Source: Lama glama (lineage: Eukaryota). From it: a DNA stretch of 64,000 nt. Where the stretch lies: the NCBI GenBank assembly GCA_028534125.1, contig CM052816.1, forward strand, positions 8,434,001-8,498,000, written 5' to 3'. A program made the translations under genes and the position numbers. The notes under the pieces were generated by a model that had not been told where the DNA came from, ran no database searches, and worked only from the letters and a program-made list of their open reading frames with translations. Shown piece after piece: positions 53,860 to 64,000 of the stretch (its first letter is position 1; each line of letters begins with the position of its first letter).

Positions 53860-55600
53860 AGTCTGTTTTTTCTACTCAGTGTTCTGTGAGTATCTTTCCA
53901 TGTCAGTACACGTGGATTCTTTTTAATAAGATAACAGAGCATACGTACAGAAAAGAGCACTGATTACAGGGGAATAGTTCGATGAATTACCATGGAGTGA
54001 ACATCCCCACGTAGCCATCACCAAGATTAAGAAATAGAACATGACTAGCCCCTCAAAAGCCCCTTTCCAGTAACTCCCAGCCCTTCCTCCCCAAAGGTAA
54101 CCACTGTCTGATCTTTAAAGCCATATTAGTTTTGCCTGTTTTCAAAATTCATACACATGGAATCATACATACTTTTTTATGTCTGGCTTCTTTGGATCAA
54201 CATTTGGGTCGTAAGATTCTTCCTTATTGCTCCGCATAGCAAGAGATCATTCATTTTCATTTTTGTGGAATGTTCCATTACCTGAGTAATCCGAAAGGTA
54301 TTTATTTATTCTACTATTGATGGACATCTGAGTTTTCAGGTTTGGGCTATTACAAATAATTGCTATTATGAACACTCTTGTATATATTTTTTAGTACACA
54401 GTTGTACCATGTCTGTTAGGTACTTACCTAGGAGTAGAATTTCTGGGTAATAGTTTTAATAGGTATTTCCCATTTGAAATTCGAGGTGATTGTGCCATTT
54501 TGCCCTCCCACCAGCCATGTATGAGGGCTTTCTCACTAATACTTGGTATTGCCAGACTTACTAACTGAGCCATCCTGGTGAGTGGGTAGCATTCTCTCTT
54601 TGGGTATTAATGCGCATTCCCCTAATGACCAATGAGGCTTTATGTTTCTTGACCATTTGCATATCTTCTTTTGTAAAGTGTTGGTTCAAGTCTTTTCCCC
54701 ATTTAAAAAATTATACTGCCTTTTTAAAAGTCTTACTGATTTGTAGGCGTTCTTTCAAATTCTGCATATGGGTCCTCTGTTGAATATACACACTGCAAAC
54801 ATCTGCTCCCATTCTGAGCTCTCATTCTCTTATGTTTTGATAAGTGTAAGTTTTGAATTTGGGGAAAGCTGTGGAAGTGTAATTACTACAACAAAATTTT
54901 ATTTTGCTTTCCCAAAATTTTCCTTCTAAAGGCTATACCATTTTACACTCTTACTTATTGCATGAGAGTTCCATTGGCTCAAACTCCTGCCAATTCTGGG
55001 TATCATAAATCTTGTGATTTTTCCTACTTAAATGGACAAAAATGTTATTGTTCTTTTTTCTAAATTTTTTTTCACTCATTACAGGTGAGCGTAAATCTAT
55101 TTTATATGTTTGTTTGTGATTTAATTTTTCTTCTTCCATGTATTGCCAGCTATATTTTCCTACCTTTAAAACTGAATTCTTTATTTCTTATTAAAGTATA
55201 GGAGTGCCTTATATATGATAGAGATTATATATCTGTCACATAGGTTGCAACCATATTTTTCCTTTCTATGAATTGTATTTTAACTTTGTTTATGGCATCT
55301 CGCATCATACAGAAGATTTAAATTCTCTTTAATGGCTTCTGTGTTTTGAATTTTTAAAAAGTCTTCCTCAACCACAGTATTATAATCTGAAATAATCTGA
55401 TGTGTTTTGATTAATATATTTTCGTCTTTCACTCATCTTGAAATTATTAATACGTATGGTGTCAGGGAGGGGTACATTTTATGCCCCCTCATAATTCCCC
55501 ATTTAAACAATAGTCTACCCTTTCTCCACTGTTTTGAAATGCCATAATTTTGATTTGCCATTTTGTTGTATACCAGATTTCCATATACTCATGGGTTTAT
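53860..55600 (-). mobile_element. nested old L1M fragments splitting a MER5A-like element
   Basis: Reverse-strand L1 3' signatures (ctattgatggacatctg...gggctattacaaat...acctaggagtagaatt). MER5A-like halves at about 53787-53850 and 55605-55682. Confidence 0.7.
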
Positions 55601-57837
55601 TATCCTGATTTTTGCCTTTAAAATAGCTCCCTAAGTGATTCTGGTGCAGGTGAGCCATATATTGATTTTAAGGAACCTCTGGTTCTAGCGCAGCCATCCA
55701 TTTGATCTTTGCACAGTCTTGAATAAAACATTCTGCCAAATACTGCTATACTCCTTCAGAAAGCAGCAAATGAATTCATACAAATGATTGTTTTTATTTT
55801 TTTAATCAGAGTGTTTTTTCTAAGTGGTTGAATTCAACAGACTCCATTTTAAGGTGCCCAGTTTGCACCTTAAAGGATCCGAGCCCAGCTCTGTGCTGCA
55901 GCGTTCTGCTCTCTTTTTCTTTAGAATTCTCCCTCAAAAGGGAAAGTCACACTTAAGTAAGACTATTCTGACTTAGTCATCCCCAGTAGATGGAACAGTC
56001 TAGCAATTAGAAGTGGGCTGGGCTGCCTACAATCACCCTAAGAACCTATCCTCCTCCCTCTGCCCCACTGCTCTTTGCCCCAAGGAGCTAAGCTCTTCCC
56101 TGAACTACTGACATTATGAAAAAGGTCACTAAAAAGCCACTGAACTGTATGCTTAAACTGGGTGAATAATATGGTATGTGAATTATATCTCAAAAAAGCT
56201 TTTTAAAAATAGAGAGAGAGATTAAGACAGAGGAAGGCAGGTATGAACATGCCTCACAGTCCATCCAACACTTTGTGAACAACATCTGATTCTCCTTGGG
56301 ACAATCTTCAGAGCCACTCAGTGTTTGACCCTGATGGTGTCCTTCTCTGGTCTCCTCTAACATCTGTGCTCCCCTTTTATTACTGTTTTGGTTCTCACTC
56401 CATCTACCTTACTATAGCTACTCGAGGGCCTAAGTGCCTCCTCCATGAGACAGTCAATTCCTCCAGGGCACAAACTATGCCTTGCCCATTTCTCCCTATC
56501 TCGCAGAAATCATGTTGTGGAGCTTAGGTAGGTCCCCAGGTCCCATTTCCACTCAGAATTGAACTGCCTCCTGTTGTTGTTAGTCAAGAAGAGGAGCCTA
56601 GCTGGGCAGAAGGGTGAGGACGTGAAATCCGAATTTCATACGGACTCCCTTTTGCTTGCTCTCTGGATGGTATCAGAGCAGGCAAGCCACCACGACAAAC
56701 ATGTCCAAACAAACGAGAGGTCAAGGAGTAGGAGGCTTGGCATCCTCCTCACAATAATCTAGAGCTCATGGATCACTGTCCCTAAATATCAGCAGACGAA
56801 TGAACAGCGGGGGCACCGGAGGGCAGGGGCCTCCTCTGCAGGCCCAGGTTTGGTCCAGCATAAGCTGTGCAGCTGTGTGTGCAGTAGGAAAACCAGTGAA
56901 GTAGCGAGGAAGGGCCTGTGTGGCGTCCTGTCTGTTTCTTCTCCTGGGACCACGTGACCACGCAGAGCCTTTCCTGGCCCTTTTCTCTCTTCTCCCTGCC
57001 CCTGTGTTTGCCAATTGTCTTACAGGTGTCATCTTTTCTTCATGGATCCCAGATAGGGGTCTAGCTGTCCATATTTGGCACCATGGATTTTTCTTTCTTT
57101 CTTATTTTGAAAAAAAAATTTTTTTCTCCTGATGACAAAAGCAGTAAATTTTATTGCTAAATAAAGTATAATCTCATTCCAATCCCGCAGAGAAAACCAG
57201 TTGTTAATGCTTTGTTGTGAATTCTTTGAGTGCATTTTCTATGTATAGTTACACATGGGGGGGGTCACATGATCTATGTATTTTTGTTACCTCACACTTG
57301 CCAATCATCAGTGTATCACAGACATCATTTTAATCAACACATACACATCTGTAACATCACTGTTACTAGATGTACCATAAGTGATTTAATAAATCCTCTA
57401 TTATTGGACACTTAGGTTTTTTCCAATTCTTCACTACTATAAATGATGCTGCAAGAAACATTGTTTTAGTTAAACTTTTGATCACATGCTTTGCATGTAC
57501 TTAAGGTAAATTTCTTAGCCATAGAGACCTGATTTTCCTTCTCATATCTCACCGCATGGGGAGCATGAAGGTGTTCCAACCTAGCTCCCATTTCTTGGTT
57601 AATGATTAGACGGACCCAGTTCTGACGCTATTGATGTATCTCAAAGCACGACATGATTGACATCCCCTAACTCTAGTGAATCTTGCAGCCCTGCCAAGCT
57701 TAGCTGTCACTGAGCTCATCCCATCTTCCAAATTTCAGTGGTAGATGACTCATACAGGTGGGTCTTCTCACCTTCTCTTAATCTCCTTTTTTTGATCTAC
57801 TTTCAAGACACATAATTATTGTTTTTCTCATCCGTAG

Positions 57838-57939
<102 letters not shown>

Positions 57940-58953
57940 TAATCAAGTGTTTAATAAAGTGCAGATGTAAGGTACGGTAGACCCTGTCGAAGTTTCTTTT
58001 TTCACTTAGGTATTTATCTTCTCTGGGTTGGGTTGTCTGCCTTGAAATTATGATAATTCTTTACAGTTGCCCAAGCCTTGTAATTTGCAAGGTGTTTTAA
58101 AATCTCACTGGAGTTTCACAATAACCTGATGTGGTTGGCAAAGAAGGAATAAATATTCTCATTCCACAGATGAGGAAAGAGTTCTACAAAGATCAAGCAG
58201 CCTGCTGAAGGATTCACCCAGCAGGAGAACTGCAAACAAATAGATATAAATAATCTTAATACCTAATCTAGAATGTACAAATTGGGAGCCAGAAAGTCAA
58301 TTCCAGCCAATAGATAAGTCTGTTGGCTGCATAGGTTTTAAATTTTTCCCTCTGTTTTGTGTTTACTTATTAAAATTTTTGAATTGGTAGCTTCATACTT
58401 AAAAATCAAGATATTTCCTATAAATATCTAGATTCGCAGTTTCTTTTGAAAAGGTGAAAGATCGATCAAAATTGGGCCCGCAGTCCCTCAGGGTAAATTT
58501 GATTAAGCTCAGTAGCAGCTGCCTCCTTGGAATGTGGCCTGAGCCCTCTAGTTTGCCACAGTCCCCACCACTCCCTCTTGTATACCCCTGGCCTCCTCCT
58601 CTCATTTCTATTTCTATCAGGTCTCTCTTGGCATTTGAGTTTGTGACCTCTGGTCTCAAATCATTGTTGCATTTTAAAAATGAGGCATAAACAGGAGCTG
58701 AAATGAAACATGTGGGGGTGTAAAGATGAAGCAGGATAAACAGACCTGGCACTCACATGGCCTATAGAACCCGCAGAATGACCAAATGACTTTAGCCAAG
58801 GCCACACAGAATAAATAAGCTGCAGAGTCATGCCCTGAATTGAGTTTTAGTCTAAAACAAAACCTTTTAGCCTATCTGAAATGGTATATGAATTGCTTCT
58901 AGGAGGCCTGATTCCCCCAGCCAACACTAATCCTACCCAAAATAAAGGGTGGC

Positions 58954-59000
58954 ATGTGTGTGTGCTTGTGTGTGTGTGTTTGGGTGTGTGTGAGTGTGTG
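58954..59000. repeat. imperfect (TG)n microsatellite
   Basis: Read directly from the sequence. Confidence 0.85.
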
Positions 59001-62000
59001 ATAGACTTTATTTAATCTTAATTCAGGCTCTGGAAAATCAGAATTAACACCCTGGCCTGTGAGCTTCACATATGCACCAGAAAAGATTTCAGCCTTGGAA
59101 TTTACATTCTCTGCTATGCTTTATCCAAAATGACCTTTATAACTTGCTGCTGTCCAGTTTCAAGCCCACACAATTTCATGATGTCATTTGGAAAGACTGA
59201 GTCTTCAAGGATTACATCATGTGCTGCTGGCAGAAAACTCTGTGGGGACACTTTTCCTTTTTAAGTACAGCTTTTTGTGTGGGCTTGGTCAACATGTTTC
59301 TACTGAGCTTTTTCTCCAATTCACATATGAGCCAGACTTGTTTCTCCTGGGAATTTAGAAGTTGAGGAACTAGAATAGAGATCATCATAGGTTTCAGAGA
59401 CCACCAACTTCAATTAGCTTCACTTCCCTGGGCTGCTTTAATGTTCAGCTCTCTGAGCTGAGCCCTGAGGTCAGAGGTCATCTCCACCTCCAGGACAGCC
59501 AGACAAATGTCAGCCTCTAACTTATCTGGCACTTCACCCCGAGCACCCCAACCTTCAAGACTGGTCTGAAGAGGATATTTTCTCATTGAGTGCCAGCCCA
59601 GGAAGAGCTGCCCATCATCTAGTCAATTCAGGAAGCTTTGGTTTCACTGCAGTGACTAGCACATCCACAGTTAAGACTTTTCTTTCCCCAAACTCTCCTC
59701 CATCTCAGGTAGCCATCTCAAGGCTCCGCCCTTGCAAGAGCAGGAGACATTAGGTTGTGATGCAAAAGGCCAGAAGACAAAGAACTTTGGTCCTAGCAGG
59801 TTGCTAATCTGCAGGGTGAGCTTGGTCAAATAACCCCTTGGGGCCTCCATTTCCCCAGCTATGGGGCACTGTGACTGAACTCATCTCCAGGGGCAGCTCC
59901 GAGTTTAGGACACAGCTGGTGAGGAAGACACATAGGCCTGAGCTGGGGCCCAGATACAGCAGGACAGGACTGGCCAAAACTGGACCTTCTGGAAAGAGTG
60001 TGGGCTTGAAGAGAGAAAGCCTGAGTTCAGACCCCTGCTCTACCAGCACGCTGTGTGGCCTGGGGCACCTCCCTGAGCCTCACCTTCCTCGTCTGTAATG
60101 CCTGGGCAATCAAGCTGGCCTAGTCGGGATGTAACCAAAGCGAATCACATAGACATACAGAAGGCTCTCCAACAACCAAGGTGACCTGGACCAGGTGTCA
60201 CTATCTGCCGGGCACTGCACCTGGATTATGTCATTTACTCTTCTCATCAGTTTATGACAGAGGTACCCTCATGACCCCCATTTGACAGTAGAGGAGATTG
60301 AGGTTCGAAGGGGACAAATCATTTGCACAAATTCAAACCCAGGTTGCTTTTCTCTCTGGTAACTGCCATACAGTCACGCTTCTTAACATTCCCTTTGGCC
60401 TTCTAACATCACTGTCATACTTCATCTGCCACATTCATATTAGAAATACAGTTTTTGTCTGGATTTTGACCAATTAAACTCCCCAAATCTTGGGTCTGAA
60501 GCTCCCCCATAACAGCTCTACCTCACTTCATCTCCTTTTAAAAATAAAGCATTGTGCGTGTTTTAATTATGAAAAAGTTACGAGGCTAAGTAGGCTTCAT
60601 GGAAAAAAACAAAAAATAGCACTTCTTTTAAAACTGGTATATTTCCATGCATGATGATTTGGCTCTGGCTCTATTTAGCTCTTTCAAAGACCCTGTGTTA
60701 CAGTGTCAGCTGCTCAGGTGCAAGGTGACAAAGGTGCTCATTGATGGTTTGGTGTTGACTTTGCAAAGGCTGGTGAATTCCTACATGAATATGGCCTTGA
60801 ATGCAACTTGGCTGAGCTACAGTGTATGGAAAAAGTTCTGTTTACTGAAAGCACACTGATCCTTTTGTTCCTTTATGTGAAAGCAAACTGATTCTCCTAT
60901 GGGTTTCAAAAAAAAAAAAAGTTCATTTCTCACTTTTCTAGAGGAGTCTTGTGGAGACCCCTGGGTAGGGCAGTCTGCCAGGCCCAGGGGGCCCACAGCC
61001 TGCCTGGGGGAGCAGTGAACAGCCCAGGCCCCGAGTACAGATGCAAGAAGGCCATCTCCCCCTCCCGGGTGGAAACTCAGCTCTATCGAAGTCCCAGCAG
61101 ATATCAGAGCCACCTTTGCTTTCTAGAACCACCGACAGGGTACAACTTCACTGTTTAAAAATATTTTTAGCACAATGTGTTTATGTTTATTGAAAAAGTA
61201 ATACATGAGCACAGAGGAAAGCTCACACCGTACAAAAAGGTCCAGCACAGAAATCCAGCCTGCCCTGAGGCAGCCACTGTGAGCAGTGTATCTTTCTGAG
61301 AATGTCTATGGATATCCGGATATTCTTGGATATATATTCATATTCCTCCATCACCCTTGACAAATGCGATAATTCTGTTTTGTGCCTTACTTTTTCGATA
61401 TGACTATGTTTTGGCATCTTTCCCTATCAGCACAGATACAGCTAGTCACTCTGAAAGCATACTAAGTGTCCACTATGTGCAGGCACTCAGGATGCTCAAC
61501 CATCTCCTAGTGATGGACTTCAGCTGTCTCCAGGCTTTTTAAAGCAGTCTGGCTGAGACTCCTAGACAGGGAAAACAATGTTTTTACCCGCATTTGGGAA
61601 TATATCTATAGGCTTTGTTACCGCATGAGCTTCACTCTAGATCTATTCCTAGCTCCATTTCATCCTGCGGTGGGGCTCACCTAGTCACCCCCTGGATGCC
61701 TCCTGCTCCGGGGAGCTCCTCCCCACCCCGCAGCAGCCGATGCCACGGGAGCTGCTCTGGCGTCTGTAGCTGCTGCCATCACTGGGCTGTGGGGAACAGA
61801 GCCTCTCTCTCCCTCATGAGCCTGAAGGTCACGACGGCTGGGCAACCAGATGGACTTGCAGGTAGCTTTGACTAGATCAGGAATTCCTCTTTGTGGAAGT
61901 TCTGAGTCAGGAGGCCTGGGTGTGGCGCAGGTAATCTACATTTAAGTCTCTAGGGCAGTTCTTTCAAAACATCTGCAGTAAAGGAATCATTTGTTTTTAA

Positions 62001-63090
62001 ACTTCTAATTCATTTTAGACTGTTACTTTTCAAAATGTGATAAAAGTCTATTATTGCAAAAAAATTTTTAGAAACACAAAATTTAAGTCCTTTTAAAAAT
62101 TATTATTAGTTTCAACAGAACTAAGCTAACTCAAATTGTTACAAAGGTTTCTTAATGCTGACTGTCAATGTCTATTTTTGTCTTGTCATGGAATAGTAAC
62201 ACATTGCAGAGGGGTACCAGACCAGGGACCACACTTTGAGTAGCCCTGTTCTAGGTGAGAGTGATGCAAAGTGAAACACTAATTTAGGCTATTTTATTAA
62301 CCTTAAGTGCCACAACAGAAAGAGCTCCGAGCACAGGAGTCAAGGGCCTACACTCTGGTCCTGGCTCATTGTTTTACGATAAATGAGTCCTTTCCTCTCT
62401 CTAGGTCTCAGTTTTCCTCTTTGTAAAATGATTGCTAACCATCACACTTAGGTGTTCAGACATTTCAATAAGGTCATGGATTTTTCTCTGGACAGCTAGG
62501 GAATAGGAGCCACCTGCCAGTATCCTAGCCCATGTTAGGAAGTCGTGTAGGGGAACAGATCTATTTTAAGAGAATGGGGGTTTTAATGGTGCAAGGAGGT
62601 GGGAGGGATGGAGGAGGTGGGAAGTGAATTGGGAAGCATGAGGCATGATTGGGAAGGCAGGTCTGGAAAAGCTGACACAGCAGAGAGAGCAGCTGTGTGA
62701 AGGAGAAAGGGGACCGTAACCATGGAACTCACCCACGTGGAGGATGGTTGGGTTGATGATGATTCTAAATGGGACCAGAGCCTCCTTCCACCTCCCTCTC
62801 TCCCTAGACTCCAGCAGCAGTGTCTCTTCCTCCTTGTACTCAATCCCCAGGTCCCGTCAGAACACTGCCTATCCCTCTTTCCAGCCCCAGATCCCAGCCC
62901 CTGCCTGGCCACTGTGAGCGGTTCCAAGGTGGAACACACTGAATCCTGAGAGTGAGCTGAGGACAGTGAGCTCCTGAGGCAGCTGTCAGGCTGGTGCTTT
63001 TGGAAAACCACGGGTACATGGAAAAGAACAAAGCCTGTCTCATGGATACACTTCTGCTCTGAAGGTACATGTTTCTTCTCTTTTGCCTAG

Positions 63091-63155
63091 GAAATCAACT
63101 TTTACAAGGTCATTGACTACATCCTCCATGGCAAAGAAGACATTAAAGTCATCCC
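63091..63155 (+). CDS. PDE6A: PDE6A exon 6
   Basis: ttttgcctAG|GAA...CC|GTAAG, 65 nt: EINFYKVIDYILHGKEDIKVIP. The gene continues beyond the window. Confidence 0.95.
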
Positions 63156-63160
63156 GTAAG

Positions 63161-63260
63161 NNNNNNNNNNNNNNNNNNNNNNNNNNNNNNNNNNNNNNNN
63201 NNNNNNNNNNNNNNNNNNNNNNNNNNNNNNNNNNNNNNNNNNNNNNNNNNNNNNNNNNNN
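63161..63260. other. assembly gap (100 N)
   Basis: Run of N starting right after the first 5 nt (GTAAG) of PDE6A intron 6. Confidence 0.95.
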
Positions 63261-64000
63261 TTTTTTTTTTTGAGTGAAAGTAGATTTATTCAGAGAGATA
63301 AGCACTCCGTAGACAGTGTAAGTCCTCTCAGAAGGCCAGAGCGAGCGACAGGCCGTGGAGACGCACACTCCATAGGCAGAATGTGGGCTAGCTCGAGGGG
63401 TGAGGGCGGCGGCCTCAGAGCATGGGGTCCTCTAGGAAAGTGAGATAGGCTCTCTAAGGTCTCCTTCTGTGCCCAAGAGGATAACGGAAAGGCAAGAACT
63501 CTCAGAAGGCAAGGCCTCCAACCCACCTGCAGGTGGTGGGGGCTCAAAGGCCATTTTAAGATTCTAATAGTCAAGAAGCTTTTTAGTATAGGCTTATATG
63601 GTTTTGGTCAGTAGCGCACTCCCCAAAACTTAGTCGGCTGGTTATCAATGTGAATCCTCTCTGGGTGCCAGGAGCCACCCCCCAGTTCTGTCGGAGGCTT
63701 GGCTCTCTTTCCCAAGGGAACGGCAGACTCCTTGAGGCCTCAGTCTCTGTGAGAGAGTCACACCTTTAGTGTCTTTTCCTGGAGCTATTTGGTCCAAATG
63801 AAGGGCTTTTACTGCATGTCATCTTAATCCTTAAACAGTGGGTGTGAGAGGCCACAACTATTGCCAGACAATTGTGACAATCCTGTCACTTACATAACCC
63901 AGTTCACAAGCTGGTTTATCTTGTATTGGTTGGGGATGGGAAGGTGCTTCAAGTTCCTGAGTTTCTGGGTGCTCTCTGTTCATTCCTGTTTGCACGAAGA
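63261..64000 (-). mobile_element. poly(A)-tailed LTR/ERV-like retrocopy, runs off the window
   Basis: Minus strand reads AATAAA (63290-63285), 13 nt, then an A-tract (63271-63261). Degenerate internal repeats (cactcc.tag.cag / ctctcagaagg) resemble an artiodactyl ERV1 LTR R region. CpGs are retained. Confidence 0.55.

Overview
Mammalian genomic DNA, very probably camelid, judged from the Vic-1-type tRNA-derived SINEs. It carries the conserved block HMGXB3 - TIGD6 - SLC26A2 - PDE6A. Left to right: the 5' part of HMGXB3 (minus; non-coding exon 1 plus coding exons 2-3), head-to-head with the domesticated pogo/Tigger transposase TIGD6 (plus; single coding exon, 524 aa) across one CpG island. Next is the complete sulfate transporter SLC26A2 (minus; 740 aa from two coding exons, about 4.7 kb 3' UTR, CpG-island promoter), then exons 2-6 of the rod cGMP phosphodiesterase PDE6A (plus). 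PDE6A exon 1 is not visible and most likely lies in the 500-N gap. The rest is intron or intergenic DNA rich in L1, L2, MIR, SINE, LTR and hAT/mariner fossils, and most entries in the ORF track are spurious. I see no convincing wholly new biological system. The best leads are two transposase-derived genes on one bidirectional promoter, a uORF-rich HMGXB3 leader, a poly(A)-tailed LTR-like retrocopy beside the PDE6A exon 6 donor, and a CRX/NRL motif cluster in PDE6A intron 1. Gene and repeat names come from recognition by eye, not database searches, and repeat boundaries are approximate.
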